A stretch of DNA of 64,000 bases from Lingula anatina (Eukaryota; Animalia; Brachiopoda): the NCBI GenBank assembly GCA_051362555.1, contig CM120643.1, positions 27,842,848-27,906,847 of the forward strand, read 5' to 3'. The notes beneath the pieces are model-generated. The model was not told the DNA's origin, did no database searches, and worked only from the letters and a program-made list of their open reading frames with translations. Position 1 is the stretch's first letter, and every line of letters starts with the position of its first letter. The position numbers and the translations under genes were made by a program. Positions 17,501 through 29,499 of this stretch are shown here, piece by piece.

Positions 17501-19666
17501 TGAATAATTGGCTGACCAGTTTTGGCTGTTCCTATAACCTCCCCCGGACAAGCTGCAACTTCAGCAGCACCTGGTGGTTGGACGTTTGGTGCAGGGATAG
17601 TTACGACGATCATCTGATCAGCAGTAACGCTGGAGCCACACTGGTCACTCACTGTCCAAGTTCGCTGTACAGTTTTATGACAGGTTTGTGTATTGACCAC
17701 AGCGTCTTGGTATTCAATTTTAAGAGCATCTTCAATTTCAGCACACGATTGTACGACTGGCGTTCCAGTTTGGTTGACATAAATAGAGTCGTCTAGGCAC
17801 GCGGTGATATTAGCCACAGGTGGGGCGTTGATTGTCGGAGGTGGAACGTCCACGAAGATCGTCTGGTTAGCTTCAACGACAGCACCGCACTCGTCTTCAA
17901 CCGACCACAGACGTCGGATTGTCTTTGTGCAGTTTGTGACATCTTCTGACGTTACTAAATCGCTGTAGTCGACAGTGAAGTTATTGGCAATGACGTCACA
18001 CGTTTGGACTGTGGGAGTCCCAGTTTTATCAGCCTCGATGACGTAACCTGGGCAGACGCTTATTTGGGCGGCACTTGGGGCTGTGACTATTGGCGGCGCG
18101 GCGGTTACAACGATCTCTTGTACGGCGTATCCTTTTGCGTTACATTCGTCATACGAGAAAAACTGTCGGCGGAGAGTGTAGGAACACTGGAAAATCACAG
18201 TGGGAAGGTCCTGGTATCCCGCCTTGGTTATAGGACTGCAGGTCTCCAGTCCCGTGATGCCAAGAGGAGCCTCTGGGATGTTGTTGCAAGCGACGGTGGT
18301 GTCATCTGGCGGGTCTTGCATTTTTGGCGGTATTTTACAAGTAGCACAGGGGTCTAAAACCAAAAAGATGCGTAGTTATTTCCGTTCTAACCGAATAATT
18401 GATATCATTAAAATGACATTCGTTATCAGTTGAAAAGATAGACACTATTTATAGAGGAAATTTTAAATCCTCTTAAAGCTTAATTTCTGCCTTAAATTAT
18501 TCATTTTAATAAATTATTAAAATATTAAAAGTGGATGGATTATATTTGTACAATTGACATGCATTTCTAATCATGTGTTATAATATAATATAATATAATA
18601 TCCAGGTAAATTGATTTTATTAGAGTACCAGTAATAATTAATTGCAAGCAATTTCAGAGTAGGCCACAAATAGGCCACAATTGATAAGGTACACTAATAA
18701 AATGACAAATTTGAAATGTAATGGATGAATAAAAATATGTATTGCTGATATACATCCAAGGAGCTTGATTTGTTTTTGCCGTCGTCCTTATATGACATTA
18801 CAATGGAAAGTCCGACTCCTGACCTCCAACTCAAATATCACCATCTGAGAGACAATGTGGTTTCTCGACATCTCATCATTACGGTATTACTGAACTGCCC
18901 ATGGCCTCGAGCTTGTTTGTACGACGTACTCACCCTTACATGACCCGCACGTGTTCATTTCCAGCAGAGCCCTCCACCCTGTGCCGTTATGTTCCTGGCA
19001 GCACTCCCGCACACTATACACACCGCCAAAGATCTTAGAATTCTGGGTGTCTACTTCCACCTCACAGGACGATGTGGTATAACAAACGAATTCTGAAATC
19101 GAATCATCGATAAATAAAGAGAAAACAATTTTATTTATTTATTTATTTATTTATTTATTTCAGGGGCGGATCCAGAGATAAATTTATGACAGACTTCCAT
19201 ATTATCTTTGGTCATCCATCCTCCATTTTTGACAATCAAACGACAGAAACAAATTAGATACTCGTCAATATATACTTGAAAACAACATTATTTATTTATT
19301 TATTTATTTATAGATGAGAGATAAAAGTTAAAACATTTCTTTGTCCCCTTTTCATCGCCACACCCCCACCAGCCTCCTCGTAAAATTTGGTAAAGACACT
19401 GTTCTAAATATCTGACCTGATATCGTCAAAGATATCGTCAAAGCGAGTAAGTATAAAAAATTGTTAACTTGTGGAAAGAAAGCGAAATTATATAATTAAG
19501 TCAGTTGAGATTACTCCCTGATGATGGTGACTGACAGTCACAGAAATATTGAAGGTAATACCCACATATTTTATAAGCTCTTGATAAAAAAAATAATTTA
19601 AATTGATACATACAGAGCTAATGAAACTGTTCTCTCAGTTGAGATTACGTTTTAATTTAAGAGATC

Positions 19667-19712
<46 letters not shown>

Positions 19713-19854
19713 GGAAGAGAGAGAGGGGGGAATCGAGTAAAATGAAAAAGGAACAAACAAGAAGCCACCTACGCTGTGCTATCACGGCGGGGACGCTGCT
19801 CCAAAAAATCAGCCAGAAAACCACCTTTACAGACTCCATTGTAAGTGCCGCCAT
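14512..19854 (-). CDS. Cluster gene A: secreted protein (~1302 aa) with signal peptide, 6-Cys domain, 10+1 HYR-like Cys repeats and a Thr/Ser-rich mucin-like tail
   Basis: Exons 19854-19773 (MAALTMESVKVVFWLIFWSSVPAVIAQ), 19092-18934 (CYTTSSC...ECCQEHNGTGW...CGSC), 18353-15567 (941-aa ORF) and 15392-14512 (293-aa ORF); all introns are phase 1. Probable 5' UTR donor at ~20243. Confidence 0.85.
15567..18353 (-). CDS. Gene A exon 3: array of ~85-aa four-cysteine HYR-like repeats
   Basis: Ten repeats of P-x-[IV]-x-A-P...C...TG.P....C...D.V......C.KT[IV]QR.W...D.CG......Q.I.V plus one divergent terminal repeat. Confidence 0.85.
19668..19712. repeat. Compound (GT)n(GA)n microsatellite
   Basis: Direct reading. 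Confidence 0.9.
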
Positions 19855-21673
19855 TTTGAAAAAGAGCCTCAAATATAATAATAATAAATTTACCTGAAAT
19901 GTATGTCAAAGTCATACAGGTTGTAAGTTGTATAAACTATGTACAGTCAGATATACATGTAAACATTAGGTAACTTGTAGCCCAAAAAGCTCGAGTTAAT
20001 ATACAATTATAGAAAAATATTGTTAGCTAAATGTTGAACACTAAAAAGACCAAACCCAGAGTGAAAATATAAATGTACATGTTGAAATAAACTTAGAAAT
20101 GAATTACCATGAAACTGAAAATAACGGTTGCCTTGTCATTTTAATTAAACAATTCACAAGGTGTTTTAAGTACGTTTTTTTGTCGTAATAGAAACAAACA
20201 ATATTTTAAAACTTAAGTAGGCCTACCTATAGATTAAACTTACCAGTGGTGAGCGTTTGTCGCTATCATTAACGAATTTCTAAATGTGTACTCCAGATAC
20301 TTGACTCCCCAATTAAAAAATGAGTCCAGTTTATCAGGAGGAGGAGATCTGGAAGAAGTGACTCACGAATATTTGGTATTGGTGAAGAAGTATCGGCGCG
20401 TGCAATCTACATCATTAGGCCTCGTGTCATCACGAAGTTAAGGCGGATAAACCCAGTGGTCGGCCGCATATTGATTGTATCGGGTAATTAATGAAGACAA
20501 TAGCGTTCCAAAGCTCGGTCATATTTCTTGTCATACTGGTGCCTGTTCCTACCTTGACTGTACATCATACTTAATGATGTCATTAAGAGTTAAAATACTG
20601 ACAGAAAGTTCGTCCACTAGGACAAACACTTGGTAACAATGACAGTGAATTACTGACCCTGAAGTCATTAGTCTTGTAGTCTTACCAACCGAATAATTCA
20701 AAACTTCCTCCGGTTCATGGTTTGGTGGTTTCTGCTTGGTATTTATTAATGGAGTGGAAGGTGTGAGGATGAAAGGAAATAGATAAGGTAAGGGCCACGC
20801 CCTTTCTCTGATGTTGTAATGACAGTACCTACGGGTATACTACCGGGGGCTGTAAGGGAAGAGGTACTGAGAGAAAAAGAGAGGGGGGAGAGAGGGGGGG
20901 AGGTGAGAGATGGGAGAGAGAAAGAAAAGAGAGAGAGGGAGAGAGAGAGAATGGATGGGGGGGGGGGGAGAAGGAGGGAAAATGAGAGAAAAATGAAAAC
21001 GAAAGACAGTGAGAAAGTTGATGAAATACAGGACGGGCGGGGTGGGGGGGGGGGGGGGGGAGAGGCGTTACACACATGGTCACACTCTCTTACCGTATGT
21101 ATTACTGCACCTATCGCTCATCATGTATTTACATCTCCAACATGTTATTCAAATAATGCTCTTCAACACGTGTTTCTTAGTAAAAACTTGTACAATTGTC
21201 ATTTGTTTTTTTTTAACTGCAGATAATGGTTTACCGGTATTATCCAAGCACCTTATTACGTTCGGTACATCTATCGCGTTATAAGTGGTACTTTTTTTAT
21301 TTTGTGGGTTGAATTCAAATGCCCATTGCTTCTTAAATTCTCGAAGTAATTAAATGCCTGTTGATGTGACTTACATTAAGTAATATCGAAAAGGCTAGTA
21401 TAATAGAACAACTGAATTGATTCCATAAGGTTACACCTGAAAATGACACAGTTGAAAGGGATGAACGGAGATAGATTGTTTTTTCGGTTATTATAAGTGA
21501 TTATTGAAAATACTCTTGGATTCACAAATAAATCAGTTTACAATTACAGTGTTGTTCATGTTTCACGAAATCTTATTGAGTTAAGTTTGCACATAATTTG
21601 CTTCAGAAAGTGTCGGGGTCGTGTTCCTTCCATGGTATTCTCATTTAAGGTTGACTGAAATTAGATGGACACA

Positions 21674-21674
<1 letters not shown>

Positions 21675-21719
<45 letters not shown>
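21675..21719. repeat. (GT)n microsatellite
   Basis: Direct reading. Confidence 0.9.
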
Positions 21720-21720
<1 letters not shown>

Positions 21721-22807
21721 GGAGGGGGAGAGTGGACGAGGGTTGTCACATGATAATTTCCACATTATAAGTATCCGAAAATACAAATATTACTAGAAAC
21801 TCTGAAACTCGTTTCTATTGTCAGTATTCCTCTGCTGTTTCCAAAACCACTCCGAGTCTCAGAGATTTCTGAAAACTCGTTTCAATTATTACAATAACTC
21901 TGCTGTGTACAACAATTACTGCTAAAATGGAGGCATGTTTCCAGTAATTTCTGATACGCGGGACGTCGGCAGTGAGATTGTTAAAAACATCTCGGCGTTC
22001 CCGTCGGTCGGGGTTGTTTGCCTGGTAATTATATTGGTAAGGTATGGGACATTACTAAAGACACAAACTTGGCAAGGATGGACAGAAATGTGCACGCGGT
22101 GAATAAATAAATATATAAATACGTAGAAAGAAGCTTTGTTTACAGTGTGGATATTTTTTGGCATGTACTTTGAGTAAAATGTCTGGAAATGCAATGGATA
22201 ATTTTCACGTCAAAAGTCACGTAACACAAAATATAGCCAACGAACAGTTTTATTTTACCGTTTTTGTTTTTCTTTCCAGTTTAAACAGTACTTCTTGTAT
22301 ATTTGATTTGCAAAAACCTTCTTCACACCTTTTTATAATTAAATAAAAAACAACAAAGTATGCAAATTAGATTCTAAAGCTTTATTTTAATAGAACGTAA
22401 CTCGCAAGTAAAATATGTTCATATGTAAAAACCGACAGAGATATTACAAAGCAGAAAAATTATTTTGATTTCAAATTTTACTTTTCTTTGACCATACAAT
22501 AGGCGAGTATCATTCTACGTAAAAATAGGACATTATAAAATGACTTGAAATATATAAATAGTAATATGTTCTTTCTCTTGATTGGTTCACTGTCGGAAGT
22601 ATTTCAAACTACTCTTTATCTTACAATTGTAAGTTGCTTAGCCCAAGTGATGCAAATAGAAACAATATTAGCATTATATCACAAAGTGTAAATTTTTTAC
22701 ACTATGATTGCATATTAAATATCAAAATCAAAATCTACAGTTCATCAGACAAATATATACTTTCACTTTCACTTTAATAGAAAATATGTAGGAGTCTGTT
22801 GAAGTGT

Positions 22808-25800
22808 TCAGCCACTTCTAGCCATTCTGCCGAATCCCAAGCTGTCCAAGAGAGACATGTACCCCTGTAGTCCGGAATAAGGGTTAGCGTTGACCGGTTG
22901 TCTGACCGGAAGTTGCTGGGCGGGGGGCCCGACAGGAACTTGGACATTCATGTTATTACCATTTCCGGCGGCGAAGGCTGCGGATGCAATAATACCATCA
23001 TTGGTATATCCCAAGTTAAGCGGTAAGCCGTAGTCTGGGGCGAGGTAGGAATTGTAGTTCAGCACATACTGGATGTTACCGTTGTTATCGAGATAGCCGT
23101 ATCTGAACTGCCCGGCGCCGTTTGGACTGGCATTGAAGCCCTGGAGCAGCCGGATCTGGCCTCCGTTGGGTCTGTAGCCGTACCGGATCCCTCCGCAGGG
23201 GGTAGACATCTCCAGGATCACGTTAGATGGGATATCCAGGTATTCTATGGTATCCGAGGAGGTGTAGTAGATATACTGCACCTGTCCACCATACATGTTC
23301 ATCATGACTACTGGGAGCATGAAGGAGTTCGGCTGGCGGTAGATCAGCTGCATGGCCTCACCGCTGGCCAGAGGGACCGCGATCAGACCGGAAGAGGGCA
23401 GGGGCACGTAGCGCGTGGTTCCGGTGGCCGACCTGTAGGAGTAGACCACGGTGCCGTCGTTCTGGAACTGAGACGCCATGTTGTAGACTGCACCGTCGGA
23501 TGTCCTGTACACGAAGGTGACGGTGTGGGGCTGTCCCGTGGGGTCGGGCACGGCGTACACACCCTCACAGGTCTGCGGACCACGTGTTGGTATGGTGCCG
23601 GGAGTGGGCATGCCGCCACCTGGGGTAGTTGGCATTGTTGGCATACCTGGCAGGGCAGCCACAACATAGATGATGGTTCCATCGGGCAGACGGATCCCGT
23701 ACAGTGTTCGGCCGTCAGGGCTGGTGACCGGGAATGGAGTGCCGATGGTTGGCAGGCTGCTTGGGTAGCCGTTGTACCCTGGGATTCCAGGAATTCCTGG
23801 CAAGCCGGGGTACCCTGGGTATCCAGTGTTGGGAACACCCGGAAGAGCTGGGTAACCTGGAATCTGAATACCGCCTCCTGGCAGACTGTAGCCTCCTGGG
23901 TAACCCGGAATTCCAGGAATACCTGGGATACCTGGATAACCGCCATTTGTGCCAGGGAAAGCTGGGGTTCCTGGAATTCCTGGGAAGCCGGGCAATCCTG
24001 GTAAGAAGGAGAATCCTGGGATGCCTGAGGGCTGGTACGGGTTTCGTGGGTCGACTGCGGGCCCCTGGGGCTCCAGTGGGTAAATAACAGCACCTGGGCG
24101 TCCACTGCTGTCAGGAATGATTATACCTGTGCTCGGCTGCCTTGGACGTGGTTGAGGATTCGGACCAAGAGGATAAGGTACGGAACTAGGGAATCCAGGG
24201 ATACCTGGATATCCGGGGAATCCAGGCAATCCGCCTTGTCCAGATGGAATACCAGGAATGCCAGGGAAGCCTGGGAATCCTGGAATTCCTGCCTGTTGGC
24301 CAGGGTAGATTGGTTGGGCGGATGGGAATCCTGGAATTCCGGGAAATCCTGGGAACCCTGGAATTCCTGCCTGTTGACCAGGGAATATTGGTTGGTTGGA
24401 TGGGAAACCTGGAATTCCTGGGTATCCGGGGAAACCTGGAATTCCTGCCTGTTGTCCAGGGAATATTGGCTGGTTAGATGGGAATCCTGGGATTCCTGGG
24501 TATCCTGGGAATCCTGGGATTCCTGCCTGTTGTCCAGGGAATATTGGTTGGGCAGATGGGAATCCAGGAATTCCTGGGAATCCTGGGAAACCTGGAATTC
24601 CTGCCTGTTGTCCAGGGAATATTGGTTGGGCGGACGGGAATCCTGGAATTCCGGGGAAACCTGGGATGCCGGGAATTCCTGTCTGGGGTTGCTGTACGGG
24701 GAACAATGGTTGAAACACTCCTGGGAATCCTGGATATCCTGGAATTCCTGGGATGCCTGGCACACCGGGGAACCCTGGAATGACCACAAATCCTGGCAAC
24801 CCTGGGAGCTGGCTGCCTGGAGTGCTGGGCTGAGTTGGAGTCGGAACAAAGATGATCCTGCCGTCCAATGTGCGGTACCCGTACTGCGGTCGCCCTGTGG
24901 TGGGATTGATGAACTGGGACAGAGGGTAAACGTTGCCGTCTGGGGCCTTGTACACGTAGGTGACTGTACCATCTGGGTTTGTGATAGGTGACACACCAAA
25001 GGGGACGTTAGGGTTTGGTCTCGGTGCCTGCGTTGGTCGCGTAGGTTCATCTGGGATATCAACGTACACGATGCGTCCATCTGGGGTGCGATAGCCATAC
25101 TGTACCTGGCCAGTGATCGGGTTAACATAGCGGGTCAGTGTATATGTATTACCGTCAGGCGCCCTGTACATGTAAGTGACGGTCCCGTCTGGGTTCTGTC
25201 TCCTAGTGACACCTGCCGGGAGATTACTGTCAGGTTGGTCTGGTACGTACCTGGTCTGGCCGTCAGGGGTGGTGTAAAGGAACCTCACCTGCATGGTCAT
25301 CGGATCAACGAAGCGGGTGGCAGGGTAGGTATTGCCAAACGGATCTCGATAGGTGTAGGTGATGGTGCCGTCCGGATTACGGGTGGCGGTCACTCCTCTT
25401 GGTAAGTTGCCATCCGGTTCTCGTTGTCCGTCAGGGACATACTTTGTTTGACCATCAGGTGTGGTGTAGTAGAACCTGTCCTTGCCAGTCACTGGATCCG
25501 TCACCTTGTTGACCATGTAAACATTGCCGTTGGGGTCTCTATAGATGTAGGTTGTTGGCACACCAGGGATCTCTATCGGTGAAACACCGTCTGGTAAATC
25601 ATCTTCATCATCATCATCAGGGACGTACCTGGTTTGACCGTCAGGGGTGGTGTAGAAGAACCTGACTTTCCCAGTGTTTGGATCGACGAAACGGTTAACA
25701 ACGTACGTGTTGCCGTTAGGGTCTCTGTATGTGTAAGTGACTGTGCCGTCGGGGTTTTCTCTCTTTGTGACGCCGTCGGGGAGATCCTCTGGAGTCTGGT

Positions 25801-28800
25801 CATCTGGCACGTATCTGATGCTTCCGTCGGGAGCAACATAACCGTATCGAACCAGACCAGTAAGGGGGTCGACGTAGCGTTTTAGGGTGTACTGATTGCC
25901 ATTAGGATCTCTGTAGATGTAGCCAACAGTGCCGTCGGTGTTCTGGACAGGGAACACTCCAGTGGGGAGGTTCCCGCCTGTGCCAGGCTGGCTAGGCTGT
26001 CCTGGTATTCTGACGTACTGAATAGTGCCGTCAGGGGCACGGTATCCGTACTGGGGCTGTTTAGTGAAGGGATCAATGTACTGCAACAGGGGGTAGAGGT
26101 TACCGTCGGAATCCTTGAAGATGTAGGTCACGGAGCCGTCAGGGTTTCTTATCGTGGTCACTCCCTGTGGGAAGTTGTTTCCTGGTTGACCGGTTCCCGG
26201 ATCCGTGGGGATGGGCACGAAGATGATGTTTCCATCGCTGTTACGATAACCGTATTCCGGCTGCCCGGTGGTTGGGTTGTTGAATTGGGTCAAAGTGTAC
26301 GTGCTGCCATCTGGTGCCTTGTAGATGTAAGTCACGGTGCCGTCTGGGTTACGGAGGACCGTGACGCCTTCTGGGAAATTCATACCAGGTGTGGTTGGCA
26401 AGTCCACAAAGATTATGGTGCCATCTGGTGAGCGGTAGCCGTACTGCAGTCTTCCCGTGGCCGGGTTGGTAAACTGGGTCAGTGTGAAGGTGTTTCCGTT
26501 AGGGTCTGTGAACAGGTAAGTTATTGTGCCATCAGGGTTCATTAGTGTGGTCACACCTGGCGGGAAGGGGCCCATGGGTCCAGTGCCCTGGTCTACTGGC
26601 ACGTACGTGACGGTACCGTCGGGATTGGGGTAACCAAACTGGATGCCGCCCAGAGGGTTAGGGTAAGGGGTGAGCGAGTACGTGTTTCCATCCGGTGAGG
26701 TGTAGACGTAGGTGACTGTGCCGTCGGGGTTGAGGACCACGGTGACGGTACCCTCATCCGGAAGATCGCGTGGTTCTCCTGGCATGACATTCTGCCCGGG
26801 TTGTAGAGGCATACCTGGGACAGGGACGAAGTAAGTGAGACCTTCAGGTGTGCGATAGCTAAACGTGATCAGCCCAGTGACCGGATTCACGGTACGGACA
26901 AGTACGTAGGTTCTGGTATCTGGAGCAAAGAAGATGTATGTGATGGTCCCATCCGGATTCATCACCACTGAGACACCATCTGGTAGTTCTGCATCCGGTT
27001 GACCTGGTAGACGCGGGATCTCGACGTACACAATTGTTCCGTTCTCTGGCATTCTGTATCCGTACTTCACGGTGCCCGTGAGAGGGTCAGTGAAAGGCGT
27101 CAGGTAGGTAAAAGTGTTGGTGGGGGTCCTGAATCCGAACACAATTGTTCCATCTGGGCTGATGAAGGGAATGACGCCATCAGGTAATCCGGCAGGTCGG
27201 GGACCACCTGGCAAAGAATCCGCTGGTACTGGATTCACTGTGCCTTCGGGGGTTGTGTAGCCGTAGGTGATACCACCGTCTGAGGTGGGGTAGGCAGATG
27301 ACGGGTTCACTTCACCGGATGGGGCCCTGTAGAGTGTGGTCGTTTCGGATCCGGGAAGGGGAACGGTAAAGACACCAGTGGTTGGCATCTTGACGTACTG
27401 CACGGATCCGTCCGGTTTCTCAAACACGTACTGGATGGTATTGTCAGGCTGCCTGAAAGGCCTCAGCGGGTAGATGGTGCCCTCTGGTGACTTGTAGACA
27501 ACTTGGGTGACTCCATCAGGCTGTGGGATGCCGGTGGTGCCACTCTGGGTCATGGGGATGTCCACATAGGTTTCGGGGCTGATCTCAATGGTGTAGGATA
27601 CAAAACCTGGAGCCTCTGGGTTAGGCTGCGAGATGGCCACCATTGGCTTCAGTGGTCCTTCTGGCGTTTGATACACGAGAGTTGTTTCCCCACCGGGCGC
27701 CCCTGGGGTGGCCACGGTGTTGATGCCGTTGAATGGGATGGGGATGGTGACAGTGTCGCCATTTGGTGCTGAATAACCGTAGCGCACGCCGCCGTCAGAT
27801 GAAGCGAAGGGCTGAAGGAAGATCATCTGTCCTCCAGGCTGGCGGTAGGTGTATAGTGAACTTCCGCCGGGGAAGGGCACCGTCATCACGTTGTTCTTGG
27901 GCATCTGTATGATGAGAGTGCTGCCGTCGGGTCTCCTGACTCCATAAGATACGGTGCCGTCGGGGTTGACGATTTCCTCAACTGGGGTCACCTCACCGTT
28001 GGGAGCACGATGGATGTACTGTATATTGCCATCGACTGTTGGCAGTGCCATTATACCGATGGTTGGCATGGGGACGTGCTGGAAGACTCCGTCGCCGTCG
28101 GTGTAACCATAGCGCACTGAGTTGGTCTGAGGTACGGGGGATCTATTCAGGTCATAGGTTTGGCCATCTAAAGCAACATACCTTAGCCGCACTGTGCCGT
28201 CTTGGACAACGGCGAAAATTCCACTGCCCATGAGAGGGAATGGGCTGTCGGAATCCGGGGCATTGGGCACGGTCTGCATGGTACCGCCAGCTGTGGGGTA
28301 CCCGTAGGTCATGGAGCCATCTGGTTTTGGCACGGGCTGGAGGTCGTGAATGACCCCATCGGCCGAGCGGAAGGTGTAGTGCAGCCCGCCGCCTGGCTTC
28401 GTCATCACGATCATCTCATTCTCGGGCAGGCTCAGGAAGTTGACGGCGCCGTTCGGAAAGCGGTAACCATAGACTGTCATGCCGTTTTGGCTGGGGTAGG
28501 AGGAGACATCGTATAGGGTGCCCTCTGGTGAACGATACACGTACCTGAGTCCTCCGCTCGGGGTCTTCATGGCGATGAGCCCCGTTGTTGGTAGGTCCAC
28601 CAATCTAGCAGTACCCTCTGGTGTCTGATAGCCGTAACGCACTCTGCCATCGGAGGTCGGGAAGGGGACGAGGTAGTACAGGGCACCTTGTGGGGTGCGG
28701 AAGGCGAACCTGACCCCTCCGCCGGGGATTGGGACAGCTAGGATGCCGTTCTGTGGTACAGGGAGATAGGTGATCGTTTCATCCGGGTTCTCGTAGCCAA

Positions 28801-29499
28801 AGCGCACTGTGCCGTCACTCATGGGGAATTCCTTAACGATATGGGCGACGCCATCAGGGGTGCGGTACCCGTACACCAGACCGCCGTTAATCTCCGGGAG
28901 GTTCAGCAACGTCGTGAAGGGCATGTTGATAAACTGTATTCCATCGTTGGGGATTTGGTAGCCGTATCTAATCAGGCCGTCCGCATTAGCACTGGCTGTC
29001 AGGTCGAAGAGGGTACCATCGGGGGTTCTGTAGCCAAGACGGTACCCGCCATCGGGACGGAGGACCGGGTCTCCGCTGAGAGTGGGGATGACAAGGACGC
29101 CCGCAGGAGGCAGGGAGACGTACTGGGTCGCTCCAGATAAGTCCTCGTAGCCGTAGCGATTGCCACCACCAGGGGCGGGGTACGTTGAGAGGAAGTTGAT
29201 CTGTCCGTTGGGGTTGCGGAAAGCGTAGCGCACCTGCCCATTCTCATTGACGACGGCATAGATGAGCCCGTCACCAGAGCCGGTCGGGATGGTGACACCG
29301 CTTCCGAAGCCTGGGTATGCCAGGGTGAACCTACCGCCAGGGGTAAAGAAATACAGAGTTCCACCTGGTGACCGGAAGCCGTAGCGGAAGCGTCTTCCGC
29401 CTGGTGTTGGGTACAGGAAGTGGGTGTAGACGATACAGTCTGCAGGAGGGACGACGACGGCAGGCGGGTTGACCGGGGGACTGGTAGCCTGGGCCATAG
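22808..29499 (-). CDS. Gene B terminal exon (6.7 kb): Tyr/Gly/Pro-rich PDG beta-hairpin repeats plus (G-I/F/Y-P)n region
   Basis: 2229-aa open frame; acceptor TTCCAG lies 2 nt upstream of the ATG; collinear paralog of 40582-45521. Confidence 0.9.

Noticed and set aside
20746-21284. ORFs over the purine-rich GA/poly-G tract
   Set aside because: Low-complexity simple sequence giving spurious R/E/G or S/L/P translations.
24240-24680. Possible CRISPR-like regularly spaced repeats
   Set aside because: This is an in-frame coding tandem repeat with no unique spacers and no cas genes, in a eukaryotic context.
24396-24713. Plus-strand ORFs that also read G-I-P repeats (also 41975-42331)
   Set aside because: Pro (CCN) and Gly (GGN) codons are reverse complements and GGAATTCC is palindromic, so the antisense strand mimics the repeat. 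These are shadow ORFs, not overlapping genes.
23383-25128. Long alternative-frame ORFs (240, 279 and 335 aa) overlapping gene B
   Set aside because: Expected in GC-rich repetitive coding DNA; no independent splice or domain support.
22808-29497. Treating the 2229-aa and 1645-aa ORFs as stand-alone genes, or as bacterial contamination
   Set aside because: Both have canonical acceptors in phase with upstream exons leading to signal-peptide exons, and they sit in intron- and microsatellite-rich eukaryotic sequence.
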